A program made the position numbers and the translations under genes. Shown here in pieces: positions 18,423 to 29,000 of a DNA stretch of 53,592 bases (position 1 is the stretch's first letter; the number at the start of each line of letters is the position of its first letter). Under the pieces are notes generated by a model. It ran no database searches. It was not told where the DNA came from and saw nothing but the letters and a program-made list of their open reading frames with translations. Source of the DNA: a virus (Duplodnaviria; Caudoviricetes); the IMG/VR virus record IMGVR_UViG_3300043420_001594, positions 1 through 53,592 of that record; one strand, given 5' to 3'.

Positions 18423-18701
18423 TCAGATATCCGTGCCTCCTGAACCCAAATACTCCCGCCGGGGCGAGAGTGGCTGATCGGCCGAGCCCATCTTGCCGGC
18501 CACCACGCCCTCGATCGCTTCGATCAGGCGTTTGGCCAGATCGGCCACTTCGGGATGGTCCTCCAGCCCTGACAACTGGGCCATCCCGAAGCGCCGACCT
18601 TCCAACATGAACCCCACCTCAGCCGACACGGCACCCAGGGAGTTGACGGTGATGGCGTACGCATCAACCCCGTCGATCCTGCACAGGCTGAGCGGACGCA
18701 T
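18423..18701 (-). CDS. Hypothetical protein
   Basis: AAGGAG RBS; in operon. Confidence 0.6.
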   Translation of the reverse strand: MRPLSLCRIDGVDAYAITVNSLGAVSAEVGFMLEGRRFGMAQLSGLEDHPEVADLAKRLIEAIEGVVAGKMGSADQPLSPRREYLGSGGTDI

Positions 18702-18703
18702 CG

Positions 18704-19135
18704 CTACTCCTTGTCAAAGTAGGCTGCGTACAGCCGGGTTCGGATGTCCTCGTCGTGGCCCAGCAGAGATTTGCCGATGCTGTCGCGGGAAGCCTCCCAC
18801 ACCAGTTCGTACGCAACCTGCTGCGCCATCTTGATGCTCTCTTCATCGGGGGTGCAGGGGAGACTCACACTGGAGTGGACCTCCACGCTGTACGGGATCT
18901 TGTCCCACGTCCCCGTCCCATAGTAGGCGGCGTCCGATACCTTGGTCGCCACGCTCATGTTGACGCGGGCAGCCTGCTCGACCGGCACCGTCAACAACGC
19001 TTCCAACACCTGCTTTCTCGATTCCATTCGGTGGACCTGTTGTGCCTCTTCACGAGACTTTGGATCGGTTGAAGACCGCGTAACCGTGACGACGAGTGAC
19101 GCGTCACCCGCCGCCACCGACACACGCCCGCTCAC
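18704..19135 (-). CDS. Hypothetical protein
   Basis: GTGA start/stop coupling with the upstream gene. Confidence 0.6.
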   Translation of the reverse strand: MSGRVSVAAGDASLVVTVTRSSTDPKSREEAQQVHRMESRKQVLEALLTVPVEQAARVNMSVATKVSDAAYYGTGTWDKIPYSVEVHSSVSLPCTPDEESIKMAQQVAYELVWEASRDSIGKSLLGHDEDIRTRLYAAYFDKE

Positions 19136-19533
19136 AGCTTCACCGTGATCTCTTTGGGGCCGTCCACCTTGGGCCTACCCTCCACGATCGTCTTGGCGGA
19201 TGCCACCTGATCGCCCGGGATCGTGCCGTCCATCACCAACCGCTCCAGCGTCTCGGCGTCGATCTTCTTGATGACGCCGGGGATCAGTTTGACGCTATCC
19301 GGAAGTTTGCCGGCCTGGTAGTCCACCGATTGCGGAGCCCCGCTGCGGCGAAACGGACCCATCGTGAGGGGTCCGGCTGGAACCTGGCTGCGCACATGTT
19401 CCTTCGCTTCCGCCAAGCTGGCGTTGTACTGATCGGAAAGTTCGAAGAAACGGTTGAACACCAGCGGATTGTCGCTGATGTGGTCCATCAGGTCTTGACG
19501 GGCACGCTCGAAAGTAACGATCTTATCAGCCAT
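19132..19533 (-). CDS. Hypothetical protein
   Basis: GGAG RBS; in operon; helical N-terminus. Confidence 0.65.
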   Translation of the reverse strand: MADKIVTFERARQDLMDHISDNPLVFNRFFELSDQYNASLAEAKEHVRSQVPAGPLTMGPFRRSGAPQSVDYQAGKLPDSVKLIPGVIKKIDAETLERLVMDGTIPGDQVASAKTIVEGRPKVDGPKEITVKL

Positions 19534-20179
19534 TTTGCTTCTCCATACGGATTAGTTGGTCCGCCAACCTGACGGCAGACCAAATGTGTTGGCACGTCGA
19601 GTCCCAAGGACTGGTCGGATCGGATGGATCCGTCTTGGACAAGTCCTGTAGGGAGTTCGTCAACATGACGGGAACTGGGTAATCGACGTACATACCCTTC
19701 ATATATGCTTCTACCAATGAACCCGCCGTGTTCTGCACGTTCGGGGCCTTCGTGGGCATCAGGCTCTTGGCCGCTGCCTGTCCACACGCCACCGCCACCT
19801 TGGGCTGGATGGCGTGGATCTCTGCATGTACGCGATTGCTACACTTCACCACCTCCGGGTTTTTGGCCAACGGGACAACCTGCTCACCGTACAGTTCCCG
19901 CGGGTCGCGAGGAGGGCATCCAGTTACAGGGGTGTAGTAGAACTCCCCTGGATGCCGGCCCAAGTACATCATCAGCAGGTCAAGAACTCGGCTGTGGCCG
20001 GTGCCAGGAAACGTCCCACCACCAACCTCGCCAGGGTCTAGCCGATCCAGCACGAATACGACCGAGGCGTTCGGATTACCCGAACCCCTGATCGAGCCGC
20101 GCCGGTTCCTGTAGAGAGAGCACTCTTTACACGCCGCGTACTTGGCGTGGATGCTCCAGACGTCACCTGAGATCAACAT
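19526..20179 (-). CDS. Family-4 uracil-DNA glycosylase-like protein with divergent catalytic motifs
   Basis: CKECSL...GSGNPNASVVF, YYTPVTGCPP, C...EIHAIQPKVAVACGQAA match the UDG4 scaffold and its Fe-S cysteines. Confidence 0.7.
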   Translation of the reverse strand: MLISGDVWSIHAKYAACKECSLYRNRRGSIRGSGNPNASVVFVLDRLDPGEVGGGTFPGTGHSRVLDLLMMYLGRHPGEFYYTPVTGCPPRDPRELYGEQVVPLAKNPEVVKCSNRVHAEIHAIQPKVAVACGQAAAKSLMPTKAPNVQNTAGSLVEAYMKGMYVDYPVPVMLTNSLQDLSKTDPSDPTSPWDSTCQHIWSAVRLADQLIRMEKQNG

Positions 20180-21587
20180 ACCGCATACCGTGCTGCGCTA
20201 TCGCGCTCTTGAGGCTCCTGCACATACCCCAGCACGGACCGATACCCTTGTCCTCCAGCACCACCACTAGCGGCTCCTTCTTACCGGGATACCGCCTCTC
20301 GATCCTTCCCTTTCCTTGTTGGAAAGCCCCCCACGCTTTGAAGGGCGTGGCGAATATGACGGTATCGAGCGCCGCAACGTCGAGACCTTCCCGGGCTACC
20401 TGAAATGTCGCAAAAGATACGTTGGATTGCCGGATTATCTGGGCTCGTTCCGCACCCGGAGTCTTACCCGAGATGGCCCCAGAGGTCAAGTTTTTTGCAC
20501 CACCGACAGGGCCGAACAAATTCTTCAGTGCTTCTGGGTGCTCGGCACTGTGGGTCAGGACCAGAACCTTGCGTCCGCTCTCGGCTGCCTCCAAAGCCAT
20601 CGAGATGATTATGTTATTTCGTGCGGGCAGGGCTGCCAAGTAGGCGTAGAGCTTGCCGACCGAGAACTGCCCGGTCCGGTCCATGATCTGCCAGGCGTCG
20701 GGCGGCAACTTAAAGGGCGTGGTCTTGAAGTAGGTGGTGGCGGACAGGTCTCCCTGCAGGTCCGAGTGAAAGATCTCACCCACGTGTGCGTAGTAGGCGC
20801 CCTCAAGCCCGTCCTCCCGCTCTGCTGTCGCGGTCAGTCCGTACCTGCCCCCGAAGAACAGGGGGGCGGTCTTTAGGAACGTGGTGGCGGACAGGTGGTG
20901 GACCTCATCGAACACCACGGTCCCGAACCGTTTGCGGATCTCCATCGGTATCTGTTCGGCTCGGTTGGCCAGGGTGTGGATCATGGCCAGGACGAGCGGG
21001 CGATCCCACTGCGCCTTGGTTCCCTGAACGACCCCAATCTCCTGCTCCGTCAGATTCAGGAACTGGGTGGCCCGTTCCGCCCATTGGTCGATCAGGCCCT
21101 CATTGTTGACGATCACGATGGCGGGGAACCGCCGATCCGCGATCTTCTTGAGGGCCAGCACGGTCTTCCCCTTACCGCAAGCCAAGTTGAGGATCCCGTA
21201 CCGCGCGGGCTGGAGCTTGGACCACGCCGCCTGTTGCTCGGCGTTACGGAGGTTGATCTGATCCCCGAAGTCAACGTCGTCCCACGTAGGACTCAGGTCC
21301 ACCTCCTGCCAGCTCTGAACCTTCTCCCTCCAGTCCGCGTGAAGGTGGCGGCTCATTACCAAGTGATACCGCTCCTGCCGAGCCAACTGTATCTGCATGA
21401 CCGCACCAGTCCGGTTGTTGACGGTCTGGACGACCGCCGTGCGCAGCACAGCCTGCGGGTTCGCCACCAGCTCGAGCGGTATCCACATGTCCGCTGACAG
21501 GACGGTCTGCCCGGCGGCCCCCTCACCTCCGTCCTGCTCTGGTACGTAGATTAAGGGAACGTTACTTTTTGGCGTTACCGTCGCCAT
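20163..21587 (-). CDS. Superfamily 2 helicase (UvsW/XPB-like)
   Basis: LACGKGKT, FDEVHH, GLTAT, EGLDV, QGKGRIER. Confidence 0.9.
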   Translation of the reverse strand: MATVTPKSNVPLIYVPEQDGGEGAAGQTVLSADMWIPLELVANPQAVLRTAVVQTVNNRTGAVMQIQLARQERYHLVMSRHLHADWREKVQSWQEVDLSPTWDDVDFGDQINLRNAEQQAAWSKLQPARYGILNLACGKGKTVLALKKIADRRFPAIVIVNNEGLIDQWAERATQFLNLTEQEIGVVQGTKAQWDRPLVLAMIHTLANRAEQIPMEIRKRFGTVVFDEVHHLSATTFLKTAPLFFGGRYGLTATAEREDGLEGAYYAHVGEIFHSDLQGDLSATTYFKTTPFKLPPDAWQIMDRTGQFSVGKLYAYLAALPARNNIIISMALEAAESGRKVLVLTHSAEHPEALKNLFGPVGGAKNLTSGAISGKTPGAERAQIIRQSNVSFATFQVAREGLDVAALDTVIFATPFKAWGAFQQGKGRIERRYPGKKEPLVVVLEDKGIGPCWGMCRSLKSAIAQHGMRYVDLR

Positions 21588-21966
21588 CGGGTCCTCCTAT
21601 GGTCTGGCGCATCACCGCCAACACGTCGTTTCTGGCACTCAGCTCCAGCACCTCCGTCCTGGGCCTGCCGTCCAATCTCAGCACCAACGACACCATCGCG
21701 TTAAGCAACTTGTCGTACTGGTCGGCAGGTAGGCCCTTTGAGCTGAACGTCTCCAATATCCTGACAGCCTGGGGATCCTCGTCCGGTACCTCCAGCACCC
21801 GCAACAACTTTCGAACCGCTGCCTCGGTCGGTGTGCGGGAACCAGACTCGTACTCCCCCATCATCTTGCGGGATGGGCCGCCAAGCTGTTCAATTCTCCT
21901 AGCCGAGAGGCCGCGGCTTTCCCGCAGCTCCCGGAGGAGTTGGCCCAGCGAGGAGACCCTCGTCAC
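21562..21966 (-). CDS. XRE-family helix-turn-helix protein
   Basis: LGQLLRELRESRGLS...YESGSRTP...KLLRVL. Confidence 0.8.
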   Translation of the reverse strand: MTRVSSLGQLLRELRESRGLSARRIEQLGGPSRKMMGEYESGSRTPTEAAVRKLLRVLEVPDEDPQAVRILETFSSKGLPADQYDKLLNAMVSLVLRLDGRPRTEVLELSARNDVLAVMRQTIGGPDGDGNAKK

Positions 21967-21969
21967 GGC

Positions 21970-22032
21970 CTACACCACAATGAAACCGGTCGGCCCTTCC
22001 AACTGGGGCGCGACAGGCCTAACATTCTCCAT
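21970..22032 (-). CDS. Putative 20-aa leader peptide (MENVRPVAPQLEGPTGFIVV)
   Basis: Strong AAAGGAG RBS before ATG 22032; its stop lies 3 nt before the HTH start. Confidence 0.4.
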   Translation of the reverse strand: MENVRPVAPQLEGPTGFIVV

Positions 22033-22069
22033 GTTGTCTTCTCCTTTCCCATAACGTGGATAGTGAGGA

Positions 22070-22110
22070 TCCTGCCAGCTTATACCAGAAATACCACAGC
22101 AACTGTGAGG
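22070..22110 (-). promoter_or_regulatory. Candidate promoter of the replication operon
   Basis: Divergent intergenic region. The - strand GGTATAAG matches the -10-like element of the repeated promoter; the upstream element is poorly matched. Confidence 0.45.
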
Positions 22111-22118
22111 GGTTACAG

Positions 22119-23096
22119 ATGAGCAAGCTACCGAGTGTCCTGGACCAATACGACGATAACGGACTGCTGTTGCGCCGGACCTTCGATGGTAAGGACATTC
22201 CGGCAATCATCAAGACGGCCGCCGATCTTTCTAATCCGCGGGTGCGCCATGATGACGACTACGCGCTGGTGTATCAGGGCGAGTACGGCAAGGAGTATAG
22301 GCTTCCCGTCGCGGACGCGGGCAACGCCTTGGCTTCGGCGCTCTACTTTGCCGAGTACGGGGACGCGCTGCCGGCGGAGCACCAGAAGGTAGCGGCCGCT
22401 AACCTTAAGACTGCGTTGGAGTCTTTCGGTTTTGAGGTCCCGGAGCGCCTGACCAAGACCGCCGCCATCGAGTTGGGCCGTACCGGAGAGGCCGACAACA
22501 TGACGTTGGAGGCGCTGTTCGGTCTGCCCGACAACACCATCGAAGAGGTGAAGGGGGCGTTCGACGGCTGCAGTCCGCGTGGCAAGCGCCGCATGATGCT
22601 GCAGGTCAAGGAAGCGTCGGCCCAACTGCCCAGCTACATGCAGGACTACGGCCGCAATGAGATCGGCACGGATCTCGAGGCGTCGTTGGATCTCCGCAAG
22701 CTGGTGGTGCTGGAGAAGGAGGCGACGGCCAAGTTGAAGGAGCTGCTGGAGAAGTCGGCCAGCATGGATCCGGACCTCTTGGCCAGCGAGATCGAGGTCT
22801 TCGACATCGAGCACAACCTCACGCACCTGTACGGCAGGGTTCTGCCCGATCCATACGCTTCGGTGTTCGGCACCGGTTTCGGGCAAGCCGTGAAGACCGC
22901 GTCCGCGGGACCGCTTGAGATTGACGGACGCCACTACTCGTCCGACACTATCGAGGCGTTCGCCAGCAAGAGCGCCGACCGCATCAAGGATGCGTTTGGT
23001 GACGACTTCGCTGACGAGTTCTCACGCAGTCCGGTGTCAGTGCTGGCCAGCCTGCCCGTGACACACCAACAGGCCATCGCCCGGATGATCGGATGA
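22119..23096 (+). CDS. Virion-module protein with multiple K-x-A motifs
   Basis: First gene of the + strand block; IKTAA, QKVAA, TKTAA, VKEAS, EKSAS, VKTAS. Confidence 0.7.
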   Translation: MSKLPSVLDQYDDNGLLLRRTFDGKDIPAIIKTAADLSNPRVRHDDDYALVYQGEYGKEYRLPVADAGNALASALYFAEYGDALPAEHQKVAAANLKTALESFGFEVPERLTKTAAIELGRTGEADNMTLEALFGLPDNTIEEVKGAFDGCSPRGKRRMMLQVKEASAQLPSYMQDYGRNEIGTDLEASLDLRKLVVLEKEATAKLKELLEKSASMDPDLLASEIEVFDIEHNLTHLYGRVLPDPYASVFGTGFGQAVKTASAGPLEIDGRHYSSDTIEAFASKSADRIKDAFGDDFADEFSRSPVSVLASLPVTHQQAIARMIG

Positions 23097-23758
23097 TCAA
23101 GTTGTCGGAAGAGGCGGTATCGGCCAACCCGCTCACCAAGCGGGCTGCCTTTACGAACCCGGCCACCCACTCGCTCGTGCTCGGGCTCATTCTCCTCAAG
23201 GAGTTTGGGCCCGAGTACCTGGCGTGGGAGCCGGAGACCGTGTGGACCGAGGTCGAGAAGACCTGGGGCACTACCGTGTCGGAGATCAACAAAAACAAGA
23301 TCCAGGCGGTGCGACTCTGCTACGTACAGGACACGCCCTACCGAGCATGGGAAGTGTTCGAAGACATGGCGGCTGCGCTGAACGGCGTGATCCCGCGGTT
23401 TGACGCCTTACAGCGGCCGACTGCCGCCCATGCCGCCGCCGCGCTCGATATGATGCAGCAGATCCGAGAAACCCAGCTCATCAGTGATCAGATCTACCGG
23501 TACTGTGCGGCCGTTTTGATGGACACGGGTGTGGTGTGGGGTCCGGGTCCGTTATCACCGTGTAATAAATATCTGACCCCCATGGTGGGGGAGGCGCTTC
23601 AGAACCGGGTGGAATCCGCAGTTTCTCGCGGTAAGGTTCCGACCTTCGACGGAACCAACGAGGATGACACCCAGATCATGAAGTCCACGACCATCAAGGA
23701 CTACTGCGACTTCATGTCCCAGCAGCTCCTCCACCAGATGCGGCAACTGATGCCCTAA
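23093..23758 (+). CDS. Hypothetical virion-module protein
   Basis: ATGA coupling with the upstream gene; precedes the portal. Confidence 0.7.
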   Translation: MIKLSEEAVSANPLTKRAAFTNPATHSLVLGLILLKEFGPEYLAWEPETVWTEVEKTWGTTVSEINKNKIQAVRLCYVQDTPYRAWEVFEDMAAALNGVIPRFDALQRPTAAHAAAALDMMQQIRETQLISDQIYRYCAAVLMDTGVVWGPGPLSPCNKYLTPMVGEALQNRVESAVSRGKVPTFDGTNEDDTQIMKSTTIKDYCDFMSQQLLHQMRQLMP

Positions 23759-23770
23759 CGGGAGACCCTC

Positions 23771-25648
23771 ATGGCGGATGGAGTCAATCTAGGGGATCGG
23801 CGCCCACGCGCCCGATCTATCGGACGTCCAGAAACGTTCTACCCGAGCCCGTTTTTCGATATCGCGCAGAACTACATCCCACGGTCCGTTAAGGACACGT
23901 TCGATTGGTGTCAGTTCTACCAGTTGACCAACCCGCTGATCAGCAACGTCACCAACAAGATGTCGACGTACGCGATCACGGACCTGGTGTATGACGACGA
24001 AAATGAGGGTGTGGTTGACGAATACAGGGCGTTGTTCGAGAAGCAGTTTCGTCTCAGGACCTTTCTGGTAGAGACGAATTTGGATCGCTTTACCTACGGT
24101 AACTCGTTCGTGTCGGTCTCGTTTCCGTTCATCAAGATGCTGCAGTGCCGGCATTGTGGCGTCTCCAAGGAGGCCAGCAAGCTGAAGTATCAGTTTCGCG
24201 GTTTCAAGTTCGTGATCGACTGCAAGGACTGTGGGCAGTCCGGTGACGCCCTCGCCAAGGACGAGCCGGTCAAGAATCGGATGAAGATTCAGCTGATCCG
24301 CTGGAACCCCAAGAGCATCTCACTCAAGCACAATGAGTTGACGGGCGAAACCAAGTACTACTACTCGATGCCCCGCCAGATCAAGAACGAGATCATGCTG
24401 GGCAAACGGGACGTCCTGCAACAGACCCCGCAGGCCTTCATCGACGCGCTAGCTGCCGGAAAGGCGATCAGTCTGGACTCCAACAAGATCTTCCATGCCA
24501 GACGTCCGTCGGTCTCGCGGGATCCGTACGACAATGGCTGGGGCGCCCCCATGCTGCTGCCGGTCCTGAAGGACGTGTTCTTCCTGCAGGTGTTGAGGAA
24601 GGCGCAGGAAGCGGTGGCGATGGAGCACATCGTGCCGATGCGCACGATGTTCCCGCAGATTACGGCCGACGGTAACAATCCGTACGCCCACATCAATCTG
24701 AAGGACTGGCAGAAAGAGGTCGAGGGCCAGATCAAGAGGTGGCGTCAGGACAACAACCACATCCCCGTCATGCCGGTTCCGATCGGAACGCAGACGATTG
24801 GTGGTCAGGGTAGGGCCATGCTCCTGTTCCAGGAGTTGCGTGCGATCTCTGACGTCATCATCGCGGGCATGGGGGTGCCGACCGGTTTCGTGTACGGCGA
24901 GGCCATGTACTCGGGCGCCAGCGTGAACATGCGGGCCCTGGAGAACGAGTTCTTGGGCAACCGGCAGGACATGTTGCGGCTGGTTGAGTTCGTCCGTGAC
25001 CGTGTCGCCACGTTCTTGGACTTGCCGGCAATCCGCCTGCGTTTCAAGCCCTTCAAGATGGCAGACGACATGCAACGCACCCAGATGCTGATGCAGATGA
25101 GCCAGTCTGGATACGTATCGCGCCGCACCATGCTGCAGTCGATGGATTTCGACTACGCGACTGAGATGGAGATCATCCAGAGCGAGATGTTGGACGCGCA
25201 GAAGAACCAGCGCAAGCAGGCCATCGCGCAGGCGGAGACCCAGGGCGAGGCCATGCTCGCCAGCACCAGGTACCAGATTGAGGCCCAGCAGGCACAGCAG
25301 CAGGCCGCGGCAGAATCGCAACCCCCCATTCCTCCGGGAGGCGCCGCCCCACCAGAACAGGTGCCGCCCGAGCAGGCGCCCCCACCACCCGAAGAGGCGG
25401 CACCACCTCCAGCGGCCGGAAACCAAGTGGTCGATCTGTTCGCGGAAGCCAAAAAGATCAGTAGCCAGCTAAAAAAGATGGATGAGGTTGAGCGGTACCA
25501 GGCTCTGGCCCGCATCAAAGCCCAGAATCCAGACCTATACATGCTGATCAACCAGGCCGTGGCTGGAGGGAACGGCAATAACCGTCCCCTCCAGCCGTTG
25601 CCCGAGAAGCTACCCCCCAGGGCTGGACCCGGTAGGGCGCAGATTTAG
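23771..25648 (+). CDS. Portal protein with inserted Zn-ribbon
   Basis: Portal-like order of elements: NPLISNVTNKMS, YGNSFV, IFHARRP...WGAPMLLPVLK, IIAGMGVP...YSGASV. CRHC...CKDC insert; Pro/Gln-rich tail. Confidence 0.75.
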   Translation: MADGVNLGDRRPRARSIGRPETFYPSPFFDIAQNYIPRSVKDTFDWCQFYQLTNPLISNVTNKMSTYAITDLVYDDENEGVVDEYRALFEKQFRLRTFLVETNLDRFTYGNSFVSVSFPFIKMLQCRHCGVSKEASKLKYQFRGFKFVIDCKDCGQSGDALAKDEPVKNRMKIQLIRWNPKSISLKHNELTGETKYYYSMPRQIKNEIMLGKRDVLQQTPQAFIDALAAGKAISLDSNKIFHARRPSVSRDPYDNGWGAPMLLPVLKDVFFLQVLRKAQEAVAMEHIVPMRTMFPQITADGNNPYAHINLKDWQKEVEGQIKRWRQDNNHIPVMPVPIGTQTIGGQGRAMLLFQELRAISDVIIAGMGVPTGFVYGEAMYSGASVNMRALENEFLGNRQDMLRLVEFVRDRVATFLDLPAIRLRFKPFKMADDMQRTQMLMQMSQSGYVSRRTMLQSMDFDYATEMEIIQSEMLDAQKNQRKQAIAQAETQGEAMLASTRYQIEAQQAQQQAAAESQPPIPPGGAAPPEQVPPEQAPPPPEEAAPPPAAGNQVVDLFAEAKKISSQLKKMDEVERYQALARIKAQNPDLYMLINQAVAGGNGNNRPLQPLPEKLPPRAGPGRAQI

Positions 25649-25840
25649 ACCCATCAGCATGATGGACCTGTCACCACACCGATCGCACTTCCCCATCTGG
25701 TAGTGCGTCGATGGAATGTCATAATGGCGGACGCATTTTGGGCACACCCAGAGGGCTGTCCACGACTCGAAGTGGCGGCAGTCCCGGCAGTCCTTGGGAT
25801 CCGCGCACCACCCGTCCTTCAGACTACATCGGGTCCTCAT
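25610..25840 (-). CDS. Small Cys-rich (multi-CxxC) protein
   Basis: CRDC, CPKC, CDRC; TAATG coupling to the upstream 35-aa ORF. Confidence 0.6.
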   Translation of the reverse strand: MRTRCSLKDGWCADPKDCRDCRHFESWTALWVCPKCVRHYDIPSTHYQMGKCDRCGDRSIMLMGLNLRPTGSSPGG

Positions 25841-25947
25841 TACTTTTCCGGGTCGAGCGCGTCCTCGACGGCGTCATCAAATTCGCCCAGGCTTGACATG
25901 CCGCAGCCGGGGCTCCACTCGACTATCGCCTCAACCCTGTTCTTCAT
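25840..25947 (-). CDS. 35-aa acidic peptide (MKNRVEAIVEWSPGCGMSSLGEFDDAVEDALDPEK)
   Basis: Hand-translated; GGAGGAG RBS directly downstream of promoter copy 3. Confidence 0.55.
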   Translation of the reverse strand: MKNRVEAIVEWSPGCGMSSLGEFDDAVEDALDPEK

Positions 25948-25949
25948 GG

Positions 25950-26033
25950 TAGACTCCTCCTGGAGAGCGGATAAAGTTGGATAGACGTGTGCTCTCCATC
26001 ATTCTTATACCCATGCAGAGACCCGAACTTGCC
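25950..26033 (-). promoter_or_regulatory. Repeated promoter + leader hairpin, copy 3 (divergent from the RNAP gene)
   Basis: CATCATTCTTATACCCA...CCG...TTGC has the same CTTAT-to-TTGC spacing as copies 1 and 2. Leader stem TGGAGAGC/GCTCTCCA. Confidence 0.6.
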
Positions 26034-26044
26034 AGGAGGCCAGG

Positions 26045-29000
26045 ATGTCAGTTCTAGACCCCGAGAGAGTCATGCGGACTCTCGAAGACCGGGTGGCGGA
26101 CAGGATCAAGTCGTTCTTTCCACTGAAGGGTAAGAAGCAGACGTTGGTTGTTCGCGACGTCTATGCCGGCAAGGATGTGGACGTCGATGATATCCACGAA
26201 CAGAAGAAGGCTCGCCTACGGGGGAAGACCTGGTCGACCGGCGTGTACGGAAACATCGATCTGGTCGACAACGCTACCGGAAAGGTCGTGGACAGCGCCG
26301 ACAGCATCAAACTGCTCAGCCTGCCCAAGATCACGCGTCGGTACAGCTACATCATCGAAGGCAGTGAGTATCAGGCCGACAACCAGTGGCGGTTGAAGTC
26401 TGGCGTGTACGCCCGCGAGAAAGCCAACGGGGAACTGGAGACCCAGTTCAATCTGGCGAAGGGGCGTGGATTCCGCATGGGGTTCGACCCGCAGAAGCGG
26501 CGATTCCAGCTGTCGTACGGCACCGCCAATATCCCGCTCCTCCCAGTCCTCCAGGCCATGGGTGTGCCGGACGAGCAGATCCGTAAGTCGTGGGGCGATC
26601 AAGTCTACGCGGCCGCGGTGGCTCAGAAGTCCAAGGGCCAGCTTGTGAAGTTGGCCAGGGCGTTGGAGCCCTACAAGTCCGTGGACACTGACGCGGACGC
26701 CATTCCGATTATTCGGGATTCGTACGGTGCCACTGTCCTGAACCCCGACACCACCGCAATCACGCTCGGTAAGCCGCACGACAAAGTGACGGGCGACGCC
26801 CTCTTATCATCGGCTAATAAGTTGCTGGGGATCAGCCGGGGTGAGCAGGAGGTCGATAACCGAGACTCCCTGCGCTTCAAAGAACTGTGGTCGATTGAGG
26901 ATCACCTGCCCGAGCGCATCCAAAACTCCGCTAAGCGGATCCGTCTCAAGATGATGAACAACCTGGACCGAAAGAGTCAGGTCCGTCAGATCGTCACCAA
27001 CGACGTGTTCAACGTTCCGGTCAAGGCGTTCTTCACCAGCACGTCGCTGTCCCAGCAGACCAGCCAGGTCAACCCGATCGATATGATCGGCGGATTCCTC
27101 CGCACCACCATCATGGGCCCTGGTGGTATTTCGAACGAGAATGCGGTCGGCATGGACGCCAAGATGATCGACCCCAGCTTCCTGGGATTCGTGGATCCGG
27201 TCCACACCCCTGAGGGCGAGAAGTCGGGTGTGACGGGGCACCTGTCGCTGGGTGTCTCTAAGCGTGGTGTGGAACCGACGATTCGCGTGTGGGATACGGC
27301 GGCGAAGCAGTACACCGACAAGACTCCGACCGAATTGGCGCTCAAGAACGTGGCGTTCGCGGACCAGTACCTGTTTGCGAAGGGCAAGGAACCTCAGATC
27401 CGCGGTAAGGTCGCGACCGTCATTCCTCCGGGTGGTTCGGATCCCGTGGTGGTGGACCCTAAGGAAGTGGGCTACATCCTGCAGTCACCTAAGACCGTCT
27501 TCTCCATGACCGCCAATCTGGTGCCTTTCTTGGCGTCCGACCAGGCCAACCGCGCCGGTATGGCGACCCGTCACATGGAGCAGGCCATCTCCCTAAAGAA
27601 CCGGGAGGAACCTCTCGTCCAGACAGTCAGCGGCAACCCAAACGAGCGCTACGGTACGTGGGAGAAGATCATGGGGTCGTTGAACTCCCATGCCGCCCCC
27701 GTATCTGGGAAGGTCGAGTCCATCACGTCTGACTCCATCACGTTGGTGGACGCGGACAAGAAGAAGCACGTCGTGCAGCTGTACGACAACTTTCCGCTCA
27801 ACGACGCCAAGGCCTTCATCTCCAGTACCCCCACCATCAAGGTGGGGGACACGGTGGAGAAGGGGCAGTTGGTGGCCGACACCAACTTCACCAAGGGTGG
27901 GGCGCTCTCGATGGGCATGAATCTCCGTATCGGATTCCTACCCTACAAGGGGTTGGTGTTCGAGGACGGCATCGTGATCAGCGAGACCGGGTCCAGGAAA
28001 CTGACCAGCGAGCACCTCCATAAGTCCAGAGCCTATCTGGACAAGGAGATGTACCTGGGTCTCAAGAAGTTCCGCGCCAACTATCCGGGCGTCGTGACGG
28101 ACGAGAACGCCAAGAAATTGGACGAGGACGGCGTCATCAAGAAGGGGGAGATCGTCAACCCCGGCGACACCATCATGACGATCCTGCAGAAGTCGGATCC
28201 TTCGAGTGAGCAGCTCATGCTCAGGGGCATCCACAAGGCCTTGGTACGCCCGTGGAAGAACAAATCCGTCACATGGGACAAGCCCTACTCAGGCGTCGTG
28301 ACGGACGTGGTGCGTAACGGCAAGGAAGTGCAGGCCTTCATCAAGACTGAGGAGCCCGCCGATATTGGCGATAAACTTTCTGGCCGCCACGGCAACAAAG
28401 GTGTCATCACGGCCGTGATCCCGGACGAGGAGATGCCGAAGGACAAGGACGGCAACCCTCTCGAGATCATCGTGAACCCTTCGGGCGTTCCGGGCCGCAT
28501 CAACTTGGGGCAGGTGTTGGAGACCAGCCTCGCCAAAGTGGCGGACAAGAGGGGCGAGCCCTACGCGGTCGACAACTTTCAGCCCGTCGACGGCAAGAAG
28601 ATCATTCAGGTCAAAGGCCACTGGCGCACCATCAAGAAGGAGACGGGCGAAGTGACGCGCACGTGGGTTGACCCGCATGAGCGTGAGGTCGGTTACCACG
28701 AGCTCGTCAAACAGGAACTCCAGGCCAACAAGGTCAGCGAAACGGAAGAACTGTTTGACGGCGTGACCGGCAAGAGCCTTGGGCAGGTTCTGGTCGGCAA
28801 ACAGTACATCATCAAGCTGATGCACCAGATCGACAAGAAGTTGTCGGCCCGGTCACACGGCTACGGCAACGAGTACGACCAGAATCTCCAGCCCAAGGGC
28901 GGTGGCAAGGCGGGCGCACAGCGATTTGGTGAGCTCGGCTACTACGCCATGCTGGCGCACGGGTCCGTCCACAACCTCCGCGAAGCCGCCACTTACAAGG

